Shown: piece by piece, positions 8,745-18,257 of the stretch
Numbering within the stretch: the first letter of the stretch is position 1
How the letters are laid out: each line of letters starts with the position of its first letter
Assembly: GCA_022820025.1 (NCBI GenBank)
Contig: JAJEGF010000001.1
Coordinates: 4,422 to 68,421, forward strand
Length of the DNA stretch: 64,000 nt
Origin: Chloroflexota bacterium
GTDB taxonomy: Bacteria > Chloroflexota > UBA11872
Direction of reading: 5' to 3'
The notes under the pieces: model-generated
The model's input: only the letters and a program-made list of their open reading frames with translations
The model's database searches: none
Told to the model about the DNA's origin: nothing
Translations under genes and position numbers: made by a program

Positions 8745-11700
8745 GTGGCGGCCGTCGTAACGGTTGGTGCGGTGGCGCTCATGACGCTGCTGAACCGCGG
8801 CGTGACGTACGGCACGGCGGACCTGGGCGAGATTCGGGATGCGGATGCACCGGGCATTGGCGCCAACACGTTTCTGCATCGCGAGCCCGATCCGGCGAAA
8901 GTCCGGCAGGAGCTTGCCGTGCTGCGGGCGGCCGGAGTGGGGTTGATTCGCCAGGAGTTCAACTGGGCGGAGTTCGAGCCGCTGGATCCGGACGAGCATC
9001 CGGAACTCGGCCGGGACGCGTGGGTGAAGTACGACCACATCGTGGAGGCGGCGGGGGACGCGGGCATCGAGATCCTGGCGCGGCTGGACCGGGCGCCGCG
9101 CTGGGCCACGCCGGGCTTCGATCCGCGGGAGAACCCGTGGATGCAGGCGCCGCCGGCCGACAACGCGGACTTCGCACGCTTTGCGGGGGAGTTGGCGGCG
9201 CGGTACCGGGGCAAGGTCCGGTACTACCAGGTCTGGAACGAGCCAAACCTGTTCGGCGAATGGGGTGGGCGGCCACCGAATGCGGCCGACTACCTGGCGA
9301 TGCTGCGGGCGGTGGGCGGAGCGATTCGCGAGGCCGACCCGGAGGCGCGGATCGTGCTGGCGGGGCTGGCGCCGACGATAGAGACAGGTCCCGAGAACCT
9401 GAGCGACCTGCTGTTCTTGCGCCAGTTGTACCTGCTGGGCGCGAAGGGCGACTTCGACGTGGCGGCCAGCATGTCGTACGGGCTGTGGACGGGACCGCGC
9501 GATTTCCTGATTGACGATCAGCGCGTGAATTTTCCGCGCGCGGTGCTGTGGCGAGACGTGATGGTGGCCTTCGGCGACTCGCGGACGCCGGTGTGGGCGA
9601 CCGAATACGGGTGGATGTCGCTGCCGGCTAGCTGGACCGGCGATCCGGGCATCTGGGGCAATCACCCGATCGAGGTGCAGGCGGCCTGGACGGTGGACGG
9701 GATCCGGCGGGCGCGCGAGCAGTGGCCGTGGATGCCGACGATCGTGGTCTGGGCCTCGCGCTGGCCGGAGGACTTGAAGCCAGGCGATCCCACGCCGTAT
9801 TTCCGCCTGATGGACAAGGACTTCACGCCGCGGCCCAACCTGGAGGCGGTGCGGGCGGCCTTTACCGGGCCGGTTACGGCGGGGGTGGGTCTGCACCAGG
9901 AGACGCATGCGGCGGTGAGCTATGAGGGGCCGTGGCCGCGAGTGCCCAGCGACCTGGCGTCGCTGACGCTTCATCGCCAGACCGGGGTCACGGGCGCGAC
10001 GGTGACGTTTCGATTCAGCGGCACGGACGTGGGGTTGCTGACGCGACGAGGTCCCGACATGGGACGGGTTTTGGCCCGCATTGACGGGCAGGACGCGCTG
10101 GCGGATGCGCTACCCCGAAACCCGGCGGGCGAGTCGATCCTGGATCTATATGCGCCGAGGGTGGAGCCGCTGGCGCGGATTCCAATCGCCACGCGGTTGC
10201 CACCTGGTCAGCACACGCTGGAACTGACGGTGCTGGCGGAGTCCAATCCGGCATCGAGCGGGGGGCTGGTGATCGTGGACGGGCTGCTGGTGGGGAATGC
10301 GCGGCCCACGTGGCCGTGGCTGGCGCTGGGCGGGCTGTGGGCGGCGGTTGGGGCGCTGGGGTTGTGGACGGCGCGAACGTGGCTTTGGGCTCGGCGGACG
10401 TTCGAAGCGCTTTCGTGGAGTTGGATGGACCGTCGCGTCGGCCCGCTGCGGCTGGGCGAAGCGGTGCTGGCGGTGGCGGCGGTGCTGTATGCGGTGCTGC
10501 CGGCTGATGGATTGGTCTCCGCGTGGACGCTGATTCGGGTGCTGCTGGCGCTTGGCATGGGCGTGTTGGCGGTTGCGCGGCTGCGGGACGCGGCATTGGT
10601 GGCCGTGGCGGCGATTCCGTTTGTGGGGGTGATCGGGCGGACGGGGGTGTTTGACCGGCCGGTGGGCGAAGTCCTGATCCTGGCGGTGGTGGCCGCGTGG
10701 ATCGTGCGGGCGCTGTGGGGCGGGCCGCCGCGCTTGCCGCCGGTTCGCTGGCTGGTGTCGGTATTCGTCTTTGCCGTGGCCGGGATTGTGGCGGCGGTAC
10801 TGGCCGACTACCCCAAGTTTGCGCTACGGGACTTGCGGACGGTGATCCTGGAGCCGGCGGCGTTCTTCGTGGTGCTTGTCTCGGTTCAGCGTGACCGGGA
10901 CGACGTGCGCCGGGTGGCGGCGGCGCTGGTGGCGGGTGCGGCGCTGGCGGCCGTGGTTGCGCTTGTATTGATTCCGTTTGGCGCGGTGGTTACGGAGGTA
11001 TTTCCGCCGCGGGTGCGGGGCACGTTCGGGTCGCCGAACAACCTGGCGCTGGTTCTGGAACGGGCGGCGCCGGTAGCGCTGGCCCTGGCGCTGGCCGCAG
11101 GCGCGAGCACGGTGGTCAGCCGGCGGTGTTGTTGGGGCTGGGGGCGGGTGACGAGCACACGCGGGTTCTGGTTGCTGGCGCTGGCTGTGTTGCTGGTCGT
11201 GCTGATCCTGACGTGGAGCCGCGGGGCCTGGCTGGGGGCGCTGGTTGGGCTGGCGGTGGCGGCGCGGCCGCTGTGGGCGCAGGTCGGAGTCAGACGGCGG
11301 GTGGCGACGGTGGGCTTCTCAGTTGCGGCCCTGGCGGGGATCGTGTTGGTCACGGATATTGAGCGGATCGGGCAACTCCTGCGCATCGGGGACAGCGGGG
11401 CGGTGTCGCGCCTGGCGATCTGGGACAGCGCCTGGCGGATGGGACTCGAGAACTGGCTGTTTGGGGTGGGCCCGGACAACTTCCTGACGCATTACCGCGA
11501 CTACATGCGGCCGGAGGCGTGGCGGGAGCCGAACATCTCGCACCCGCACAACCTGTTCCTGGATGGCTGGGTTTCGATGGGGGCTATCGGGCTGGCGGCG
11601 CTGACCGGGGTGTTGGTGTTGTTCTGGTGGGACTGGTCACGGGTCCGGCGGGACGGCGCCGGCGGACTCGATCCGCTGGCGTTCGGTCTGGCGGGTGCGA

Positions 11701-11867
11701 TGGCGGCGGCGCTTGTCCACGGGCTGGTGGATCACACGTACTTTCTGCCGGAGCTGGCGGCGACGTTCTGGACACTGGCGGGGGCGGCTGTGGCCTTGGC
11801 TGTAGCCGGTGTCGCGAGACGGCGGACGGCGGGTGGTGGCAGAAGCGCGGGGGAAGCACCCACTTAG
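8745..11867 (+). CDS. Fusion protein: an N-terminal GH-A glycoside-hydrolase domain paralogous to the gene at 7529-8683, plus a C-terminal polytopic O-antigen ligase/Wzy_C-like domain
   Basis: It contains YYQVWNEPNLFGEWGG, followed by more than 10 predicted TM helices and the Wzy_C-type motif LTWSRGAWLGALVGL. The start is a GTG. Confidence 0.8.
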   Translation: MAAVVTVGAVALMTLLNRGVTYGTADLGEIRDADAPGIGANTFLHREPDPAKVRQELAVLRAAGVGLIRQEFNWAEFEPLDPDEHPELGRDAWVKYDHIVEAAGDAGIEILARLDRAPRWATPGFDPRENPWMQAPPADNADFARFAGELAARYRGKVRYYQVWNEPNLFGEWGGRPPNAADYLAMLRAVGGAIREADPEARIVLAGLAPTIETGPENLSDLLFLRQLYLLGAKGDFDVAASMSYGLWTGPRDFLIDDQRVNFPRAVLWRDVMVAFGDSRTPVWATEYGWMSLPASWTGDPGIWGNHPIEVQAAWTVDGIRRAREQWPWMPTIVVWASRWPEDLKPGDPTPYFRLMDKDFTPRPNLEAVRAAFTGPVTAGVGLHQETHAAVSYEGPWPRVPSDLASLTLHRQTGVTGATVTFRFSGTDVGLLTRRGPDMGRVLARIDGQDALADALPRNPAGESILDLYAPRVEPLARIPIATRLPPGQHTLELTVLAESNPASSGGLVIVDGLLVGNARPTWPWLALGGLWAAVGALGLWTARTWLWARRTFEALSWSWMDRRVGPLRLGEAVLAVAAVLYAVLPADGLVSAWTLIRVLLALGMGVLAVARLRDAALVAVAAIPFVGVIGRTGVFDRPVGEVLILAVVAAWIVRALWGGPPRLPPVRWLVSVFVFAVAGIVAAVLADYPKFALRDLRTVILEPAAFFVVLVSVQRDRDDVRRVAAALVAGAALAAVVALVLIPFGAVVTEVFPPRVRGTFGSPNNLALVLERAAPVALALALAAGASTVVSRRCCWGWGRVTSTRGFWLLALAVLLVVLILTWSRGAWLGALVGLAVAARPLWAQVGVRRRVATVGFSVAALAGIVLVTDIERIGQLLRIGDSGAVSRLAIWDSAWRMGLENWLFGVGPDNFLTHYRDYMRPEAWREPNISHPHNLFLDGWVSMGAIGLAALTGVLVLFWWDWSRVRRDGAGGLDPLAFGLAGAMAAALVHGLVDHTYFLPELAATFWTLAGAAVALAVAGVARRRTAGGGRSAGEAPT

Positions 11868-11951
11868 CTTCCCTGGCCCTGACAGTCGGTCTTGTGTGCC
11901 TGGTTGGTGGCGTGGGGTATACCTACTATGCCGGCACGATCAGGTACGACC

Positions 11952-12200
11952 ATGGCCGACATTGAGGTGGAAGTCGCGGCCTACGAACGTATGCAGAGCG
12001 ATCTGGAGCGCGAGCACATGGGCAAGTTGGTGGTCGTGCACGACGAGCAGTTGATCGGGGCCTTTGACGACTTTGAGGACGCCGCTCAGCTTGGGGTCCA
12101 GCGTTTTGGGCGTGGACCGTTTCTGCTTCGCCAGGTTGGCGCGAAGCCCGTGAATCCGTGGACTCCGGCCATCTTTCAGAAGGCCGGTTCCTACAGCTGA
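11952..12200 (+). CDS. Small conserved protein, copy 1 (82 aa)
   Basis: It reads MADIEVEVAAYERMQSDLEREHMGKLVVVHDEQLIGAFDDFEDAAQLGVQRFGRGPFLLRQVGAKPVNPWTPAIFQKAGSYS and shows GC3 bias. The track ORF at 11892 starts upstream, but the ATG at 11952 matches copy 2. Confidence 0.6.
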   Translation: MADIEVEVAAYERMQSDLEREHMGKLVVVHDEQLIGAFDDFEDAAQLGVQRFGRGPFLLRQVGAKPVNPWTPAIFQKAGSYS

Positions 12201-12310
12201 ACTCGGCTCCACGCCCAGGTCGGGTTGTTCGACGGTGCTGGCAGTCGGTCTTGTGTGCCTGGTTGGTGGCGTGGGGCATAACTACTGTGGCGGCACGATC
12301 AGGGACGACC

Positions 12311-12559
12311 ATGGCTGACATCAAGGTAGAGGTCGCGGCGTACGAGCGTATGCAGAGCGATCTGGAGCGCGAACACATGGGCAAGTGGGTGGTCGTGCAC
12401 GACGAGCAGTTGATCGGGGCCTATGACGACTTCGAGGACGCCGCTCAGCTTGGGGTCCGGCGTTTTGGGCGTGGACCGTTTCTGCTTCGTCAGGTTGGCG
12501 CGAAGCCGTTGAATCCGTGGACGCCGGCGGTATTTCAGGAGGCCCGTGCCATCAACTGA
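12311..12559 (+). CDS. Small conserved protein, copy 2 (82 aa), translationally coupled to the downstream aspartic protease
   Basis: It reads MADIKVEVAAYERMQSDLEREHMGKWVVVHDEQLIGAYDDFEDAAQLGVRRFGRGPFLLRQVGAKPLNPWTPAVFQEARAIN, and its 3' end overlaps the protease start by 14 nt. Confidence 0.6.
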   Translation: MADIKVEVAAYERMQSDLEREHMGKWVVVHDEQLIGAYDDFEDAAQLGVRRFGRGPFLLRQVGAKPLNPWTPAVFQEARAIN

Positions 12560-12986
12560 CTTCGGGTTCAGCCAGTGGGACAGGCTGTTCAGCTACGGGC
12601 CAACGCTTGAAGTACAGATCGGATACGACTCGACGTATCGGCTCGACGCCGAGCGCGCGCCGAACATCCCTGCAGCTCGGCATGGTGCGCTCGTGGACAC
12701 GGGATCAGCGCTGAGTTGCATTGACTCGGTACTGGCGACCCGGCTGAACTTGCCAGCCGTTGGGCACCAGACCATTTCCGGGGTAGGCGGCGTCTACCGG
12801 GCGGACATGCATTTGGCCCAGATCTGCATTCCCGACCTCGAGTGGGTGATTCACGGGCAGTTCGCCGGCGTTCACTTAGCCGCCGGCGGGCAGCCCCACC
12901 GTGCGCTGCTCGGCCGACACTTTCTTAGGCGATTTCTGCTGGTCTACGACGGCCGATCCGGTTCGGTGAGGCTCAGCAGCGACTAG
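12546..12986 (+). CDS. Retropepsin-like aspartic peptidase (clan AA, A2-like)
   Basis: It has the active-site motif ALVDTGSALSCI and the C-terminal LLGRHFLRRFLLVYDG motif typical of retropepsin-like dimerising proteases. It is ~146 aa, and the start is a GTG. Confidence 0.75.
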   Translation: MPSTDFGFSQWDRLFSYGPTLEVQIGYDSTYRLDAERAPNIPAARHGALVDTGSALSCIDSVLATRLNLPAVGHQTISGVGGVYRADMHLAQICIPDLEWVIHGQFAGVHLAAGGQPHRALLGRHFLRRFLLVYDGRSGSVRLSSD

Positions 12987-13002
12987 ACAGAAACAGCCGG
13001 CT

Positions 13003-14382
13003 CTACTTGCCGATGCAGAACTTGGAGAAGATGACGTCGAGCAGGTCTTCGGTGGCGGATTCGCCGGTGATTTCGCCAAGGGCGTTAACGGCGCCGCGGA
13101 CGCCGATGCTGACGAGGTCGGAGGGCTGGTCGTCGGCGACGGCGCGGCGGGCGGCGGCGAGTTCGTCGCGGGCGCGGGTGAGGGCCTCCTGATGGCGGAC
13201 GCTGGCCACGAGCGCGAGACCGCCGTCGGCTCCGGTCAGGCCAATGACGTGGCGAAGGGCTTCGCGTAGCTCGTTGACGTCCTCGCGGATGGCGGCGGTG
13301 TGGACGATCAGAGCGTTGGGGGCGAGGTCGCTAACATCGGCAGCCCGGACGGCGTGCGGCAGATCGCGCTTGTTGAGGGCGACGATGGTGGGTTTGGCGG
13401 CGGAGCGGACGCGGGCGGCGGCCGTCTCGTCGTTGCCGAGGAGGGGGCGGCTGGCGTCGAGCACCAGGACGACGGCGTCGGCGCCTTCGAGCGCGCGGGA
13501 GCTGCGTTCGACGCCCAGGGATTCGACGGGGTCGTGGGTGTCGCGCAGGCCGGCGGTGTCGTTGAGGACGATGGGGACGCCGTCAAGTTCGAAGGACTCT
13601 TCAAGAACGTCACGGGTGGTGCCGGGAATCTCGGTGACGATGGCGCGGTCGGTGCTGAGGAGGGCGTTCATGAGGGAGGACTTGCCGACGTTGGGGCTGC
13701 CGACCAGGGCGACGCGGACGCCGTGGCGCTGCATGATTCCGCGACCTGCGGTGGCGAGGGCGTCCTCCAAGCGTTCGTGCAGCGAGTCCAACGTGGAGGC
13801 CAGCAGGGCGCGGTCCATGGGTGGGACTTCGTCTTCGTCGAAGTCGACTTCGGCTTCCATCTGTGCCAGGAGGTCGAGGCAGGCGCTGCGCATCTCGTCC
13901 ACGGCATCCGAGAGACGTCCGGCCAGCTGATTGGCGGCGACGGCGAGGGCGGCGGGGGTGGGGGCGGCGACGAGGTCGGCGACGGCCTCGGCCTGGGCCA
14001 GGTCGACGCGGCCGTTCAGGAAGGCACGGAGGGTGAACTCGCCGGGGCCGGCGGGACGGGCACCGGCGGCCAGCGCGCTGTCCAGGACGCGGCGAAGAGC
14101 GACGGGGCCGCCATGGCAGCTGAGTTCGGCGACATCTTCGCCGGTGTACGAGCGGGGGCCGGGCATGAAGAGCAGGAGGGCCTGGTCGATCAGCTCGTTG
14201 TTGCCGTCGTGAATCCGCACGAGATGGGCGTAGCGGGGCTTGGGGTTGCGGGCGCGACGGGTGAGGCGACGGGCGATCCAGAGGGATTCCGGACCGCTGA
14301 TGCGTACAACGCCAATGCCGCCAGCACCTATCGGGGTGGCGATGGCGGCGATGGTGTCGGTGGTGGGGGCGCCGGAGTTCAT
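13003..14382 (-). CDS. mnmE: tRNA modification GTPase MnmE
   Basis: It has [22 protein letters not shown], the G-domain [19 protein letters not shown] and the C-terminal CIGK. The start was placed at the internal ATG at 14382 (MNSGAPTTD). Confidence 0.95.
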   Translation of the reverse strand: MNSGAPTTDTIAAIATPIGAGGIGVVRISGPESLWIARRLTRRARNPKPRYAHLVRIHDGNNELIDQALLLFMPGPRSYTGEDVAELSCHGGPVALRRVLDSALAAGARPAGPGEFTLRAFLNGRVDLAQAEAVADLVAAPTPAALAVAANQLAGRLSDAVDEMRSACLDLLAQMEAEVDFDEDEVPPMDRALLASTLDSLHERLEDALATAGRGIMQRHGVRVALVGSPNVGKSSLMNALLSTDRAIVTEIPGTTRDVLEESFELDGVPIVLNDTAGLRDTHDPVESLGVERSSRALEGADAVVLVLDASRPLLGNDETAAARVRSAAKPTIVALNKRDLPHAVRAADVSDLAPNALIVHTAAIREDVNELREALRHVIGLTGADGGLALVASVRHQEALTRARDELAAARRAVADDQPSDLVSIGVRGAVNALGEITGESATEDLLDVIFSKFCIGK

Positions 14383-14512
14383 CAGGGGTTGGCGGGGGTC
14401 CAGGCCCAAGCGGTGGATTTTACGGGCGGCCTGAGCGACCGGGGGGAGGTTCGCTAGGCTGGCCGGGAGCGCTGCCGCAGCGCTCCAACAGCAGACGCGG
14501 GAGCTGGCGCCG

Positions 14513-16111
14513 ATGCCGCAAATGACGGGTGGGCAGGCCCTGGTGGCCGGGATGCGCCAGGCGGGCGTGACGACCTTGTTCGGGATTCCCGGCGTGCATA
14601 ACGGCGGGTTGTACGACGCGCTGCTGGACGCGCCGGAGATGCGAGTGGTGATCACGCGTCACGAGCAAGGCGCGGCTTTCATGGCGGACGGGTATGCACG
14701 GGCCTCGGGCCGGGTGGCCTGCGTGGCCACGATTACGGGGCCGGGGATTACGAACGCGGCGACCGGGTTGGGCGAGGCGTATGCGGAGTCGTCGCCCGTG
14801 TTGCACATCGCGACGGCGCTGGGTCCGGCTTCGCGCACACCGGAAGCCGGCGAGCTGCATGAGTTGCGGGACCAGTCCGGCGTTCTGCGGGCCCTGGTGG
14901 GTCACCACGAGCTGGTGGAGACGGTGCCGGATATCCCGGGCGCGGTGACCCGAGCCATGAACGCGATTACGACGGACAGGCCGGGTCCGGCCAGCGTGGA
15001 AATCCCGCTGGACCTGTTGATTGCGACCGACGAGGTTGCGTTGGACGGCGCGGATGCGGCGACGGTGTCCCCGCCGGATTCGGACGTCGTGGATCGGGCG
15101 GCTGAGTTGCTGGCCAAAGCCGAGGCGCCGCTGATCTTCCTGGGCAGCGGGGCGATGGACGCGGGGTCGGAGGTCGAGGCGCTGGCGGAGCGGCTGCAGG
15201 CGCCGGTGCTGACGGCCCAGACGGGGAAGGGGGCGTTCCCCGAGTCGCATCCGCTGTCGCTGGGCTGCAAGCACCGGTTGGACGAGAGCCTGTACGAGTT
15301 GCTGCGGACGCGGGACGTGGCCCTGGTGGTTGGCTGCCGCCTGGGAGCGCGAGTGACGGATGACGACCGGATGCCGCTTCCGGAGACGTTGATCCAGATC
15401 GATCGGTCGGCGGCCGAGCTGGGACGGCACCGAGAGAACGCCGTGTCGATCCAGGCTGATGCCGCCGCGGCGGTGAGCGAGCTGCTGGAGGCGTTGCCGG
15501 ACGAACCGCCACCGGAGGCTCCGGACATTGCCGAGGGGATGCGCGCTCGTCGACGTAGTCCCCATGACGCCGCGGATGACCCGAGGTCGGCAGACATCCT
15601 GGCGGAATTGCGGCGGGTGTTGCCGGAGGACGGCGTGCTGGTGAATGACATGACGATGACCAGCTACCGCTCGGCCGGGCTGTTTCCGGTGGATCACCCG
15701 CGGTCGTACATGTTTCCGATCTACTTCGGCACGCTGGGATTCAGCCTGCCGGCGGCGATCGGGGCGCAGGTGGCGTGTCCGGAACGGCCGGTGCTGTCGC
15801 TGAGCGGGGACGGCGGGTTCCTGTTCACTGCCGAGGAGTTGGCCACGGCGGTGCGGGAGCAGCTGCCGGTGGTGGCGGTGGTGTTTAACGACTCGTCGTA
15901 CGCGGCCATCGACGGGAACTTCCGCGGGAACTTTGGCGGGCGCACGGTGGACGTGCGGTTGCACAATCCCGATTTCGTGGCGTTTGGAAAGTCGTTCGGG
16001 GCAGCAGCGGAAGGCGTGGATACGCCCGAAGCGCTGGGCGCGGCGGTTGAGCGCGGGCTGGCGCGGAGCAGTCCGACGCTGATCGAGTACAAGCTGCCGC
16101 CGGTGGGGTGA
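14513..16111 (+). CDS. Thiamine-diphosphate-dependent enzyme (acetolactate-synthase-like large subunit family)
   Basis: It has the ThDP motif GDGGFLFTAEELATAV...N and a conserved N-terminal Pyr domain. Confidence 0.85.
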   Translation: MPQMTGGQALVAGMRQAGVTTLFGIPGVHNGGLYDALLDAPEMRVVITRHEQGAAFMADGYARASGRVACVATITGPGITNAATGLGEAYAESSPVLHIATALGPASRTPEAGELHELRDQSGVLRALVGHHELVETVPDIPGAVTRAMNAITTDRPGPASVEIPLDLLIATDEVALDGADAATVSPPDSDVVDRAAELLAKAEAPLIFLGSGAMDAGSEVEALAERLQAPVLTAQTGKGAFPESHPLSLGCKHRLDESLYELLRTRDVALVVGCRLGARVTDDDRMPLPETLIQIDRSAAELGRHRENAVSIQADAAAAVSELLEALPDEPPPEAPDIAEGMRARRRSPHDAADDPRSADILAELRRVLPEDGVLVNDMTMTSYRSAGLFPVDHPRSYMFPIYFGTLGFSLPAAIGAQVACPERPVLSLSGDGGFLFTAEELATAVREQLPVVAVVFNDSSYAAIDGNFRGNFGGRTVDVRLHNPDFVAFGKSFGAAAEGVDTPEALGAAVERGLARSSPTLIEYKLPPVG

Positions 16112-16191
16112 CGTCTGCGGCTTCGAGGCGCGAGTTCTGGATCGCGCCTAGACTGACCTCGACGCCACTCCAGGCGCGGGAGGTCGGTGTG

Positions 16192-17040
16192 ATGCACCTA
16201 GCCGAGCAGCAGGTTCGGTTTTTCGAGACGTTTGGGTATCTGAGTTTTCGGGGGGCGTTTGCGGACGAGGCGGAGGCGATTAGCGAGGAGTTTGAGCGGG
16301 TCTGGGCGAAGCGCGGGGGCGGCCACGAGGGGCGGGAGCACGATCACAAGCAGCGGTCGGCGTTTGTGCCGTTTATCGACCAGAGCGAGTACCTGAGCGC
16401 GCTGATCGACGACCCACGGATCGATGGAGTTGCCGCGGCGCTGCTGGGGGACGACTACAACTACGAGACCAGCGACGGAAACTTCTACGTGGGCGATACG
16501 CGCTGGCACTCGGACGGGTTTGCACGCACGAAGTACCGCTTTCTGAAGTTCGCGTTCTACCTGGATCCGGTGACGGCGGAATCGGGATGCCTGCGGGTGA
16601 TTCCGGGCAGCCACCATCGGCGCGACGGGTATGCGAACGGGCTGCACAAGCTGATGAGCACCAGCCGGGTTGATCAGACCGAGGAGGCATTCGGCGTCTC
16701 AGGTCCCGAGGTGCCGGCGGTGGCGCTGGAGACGCAGCCGGGCGACCTGATCATGTTCAACCAGGACCTGAAGCACGCGTCGTATGGCGGCGGTACGCGG
16801 CGGCGGATGTTCACGATCAACGTGTCGGAGCGCTTTGACGACGAGGACCTGGACACGCTGCGAAACGATGTCGCCTCACTGGTCCGGTTCTGGGCGGAGA
16901 GCGCGTACGGTGAGGCGATGGTCAGAACAGCCGGGCCGGACCGGATGGTGCACCTGGAGCAGCGGATGGCGAACGACGACCATCTGCCGGCGCTGGTGGC
17001 GAAGGCGCGGGAGGAGATGGGCGAGCCGGCGCGGGGGTGA
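16192..17040 (+). CDS. Phytanoyl-CoA dioxygenase (PhyH) family Fe(II)/2-oxoglutarate oxygenase
   Basis: It has WHSDG (HxD) and a distal His. The ATG at 16192 is preferred, with a GGGAGG Shine-Dalgarno 10 nt upstream. Confidence 0.8.
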   Translation: MHLAEQQVRFFETFGYLSFRGAFADEAEAISEEFERVWAKRGGGHEGREHDHKQRSAFVPFIDQSEYLSALIDDPRIDGVAAALLGDDYNYETSDGNFYVGDTRWHSDGFARTKYRFLKFAFYLDPVTAESGCLRVIPGSHHRRDGYANGLHKLMSTSRVDQTEEAFGVSGPEVPAVALETQPGDLIMFNQDLKHASYGGGTRRRMFTINVSERFDDEDLDTLRNDVASLVRFWAESAYGEAMVRTAGPDRMVHLEQRMANDDHLPALVAKAREEMGEPARG

Positions 17041-17125
17041 CGACCGGTCGGGACACAGCGCCAGCTGAGTTTAGAGAGCGTCTTTAGCCAACGGGTGAAT
17101 CGGTGACCGGAGCGGCAGTTTTCTA

Positions 17126-17797
17126 TCAGCCGTGCGCGCCGACCCTGGGCAGGCCCTGACTATCAAGCAGGCGGTCTAGACCGACCGTGATGCCATCAAG
17201 TCGTGCGTCGACAGCCTCGCGCGTGTCCTTGATCTGGGCTTCGAGCGTCTGGTGGGAGTCCCTGATTTGGGCCTCAAGGGTCTGGCGGGTCTCCTGGATC
17301 TGGCCCTCGAGGTACTCGCGGGTCTCCTGGATCTGGCCCTCGAGGTACTCGCGGGTCTCCTGGATCTGGCCCTCGAGGTACTCGCGGGTGTCCTGGATCT
17401 GGCCCTCGAGGTACTCGCGGGTCTCCTGGATCTGGCCCTCGAGGTATTGGCGGGTCTTCTGGATCTGGCCCTCCAGGTCTTGGCGGGTTTCCTGGATCTG
17501 GCCCTCGAGGTACTGGCAGGTCTCCTGGATCTGGCCCTCCAGGGTCCGGCGGGTGTCCCCCAGGCGGGCCTCAAGTGCCTGTCGGGTCTCTGCAAGTCCG
17601 GCCTCGATGGCCTGATCCGTGCGTTCGAACCGAGCGACGACGGCCCGCTGGAACTCGCCATCGCGATCCTCGGCTTGCTGAAAGTGCTCGTTGAGGTCGG
17701 TTGCCAGTTCAACGAACTGCTGATCGACATCCGTACGTAGCTCGGCTATATCGGCGTGCGTTGCGGGGGTGGCGTCAAGGGCGGTCGCGTCCGACAT
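17126..17797 (-). CDS. Hypothetical protein with 8-9 tandem 11-residue repeats (YLEGQIQETRE)
   Basis: It is encoded by near-perfect 33-bp DNA tandem repeats and has a predicted amphipathic helical repeat architecture. Confidence 0.7.
   Translation of the reverse strand: MSDATALDATPATHADIAELRTDVDQQFVELATDLNEHFQQAEDRDGEFQRAVVARFERTDQAIEAGLAETRQALEARLGDTRRTLEGQIQETCQYLEGQIQETRQDLEGQIQKTRQYLEGQIQETREYLEGQIQDTREYLEGQIQETREYLEGQIQETREYLEGQIQETRQTLEAQIRDSHQTLEAQIKDTREAVDARLDGITVGLDRLLDSQGLPRVGAHG
17240..17570. repeat. 33-bp tandem repeat array (~9-10 units, with the central units identical)
   Basis: The unit ctcgaggtactcgcgggtctcctggatctggcc begins at 17306, 17339, 17372, 17405, 17438, 17471 and 17504, with degenerate flanking units. 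Confidence 0.9.
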
Positions 17798-17920
17798 TGG
17801 TTGCTCCGTGGGCGAGGTCTTCGAAGCGCTGCTTCAGGCGACGAAGATCAGTTGAATGGCGACCGCCCACGCCTGTGTGATTGTACCTACGGTGCCCGCG
17901 GGCGAAGGCGCGGCGTGGGT

Positions 17921-18118
17921 CTACAACTGCGGCGGCGGACGTGTGCGGCTGGTGAGGACGCCTTCGATGACGCCTTCGATGCGGGCGACGCGCTCGGTGA
18001 GGTTGTCGACACGGCTGGTGAGGTGTCGAACGTCGGTTCGTACGTCGCGCCAAACGGCCACGACGACGGCGATCACCGCGGCACCGACAGCAAGGATTCC
18101 GATCAATTCCGGCGACAC
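17921..18118 (-). CDS. Small membrane protein (65 aa): an N-terminal TM helix and a C-terminal coiled segment
   Basis: A GTG start at 18118 has a GAGGA Shine-Dalgarno 4-8 nt upstream. The protein reads VSPELIGILAVGAAVIAVVVAVWRDVRTDVRHLTSRVDNLTERVARIEGVIEGVL.... It sits directly upstream, on the same strand, of the repeat-protein gene. Confidence 0.4.
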   Translation of the reverse strand: MSPELIGILAVGAAVIAVVVAVWRDVRTDVRHLTSRVDNLTERVARIEGVIEGVLTSRTRPPPQL

Positions 18119-18257
18119 GTGGTATTCCTCGGTTCGCGAGAGTTCCCCGTTTCGCTCGATTGAGGCGTAGGGGGACCGGTGGGTCGGCGACCGCCCGTGC
18201 CTGCCCGACTCTACGTGCTCGTGGGCACGAGCCGCGCGCGGCTCGCCCGTGGGCGGG

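Larger units (their letters stand above)
11880..12598 (+). repeat. Tandem duplication (2 x ~359 bp, ~90% identity) covering a small-protein gene and its upstream leader
   Basis: The segment gacagtcggtcttgtgtgcctggttggtggcgtgggg at 11881 is repeated at 12240, and the downstream coding sequence is near-identical. Confidence 0.8.

Noticed and set aside
7862-9974. Long minus-strand ORFs (450 aa and 424 aa) across the GH genes
   Set aside because: They are antisense shadow ORFs of two strongly supported hydrolase genes, with no motifs and Arg/Pro-rich composition.
13300-15964. 385-aa plus-strand ORF antisense to mnmE and 514-aa minus-strand ORF antisense to the ThDP enzyme
   Set aside because: These are GC-rich shadow frames. 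The opposite strands carry unambiguous family motifs.
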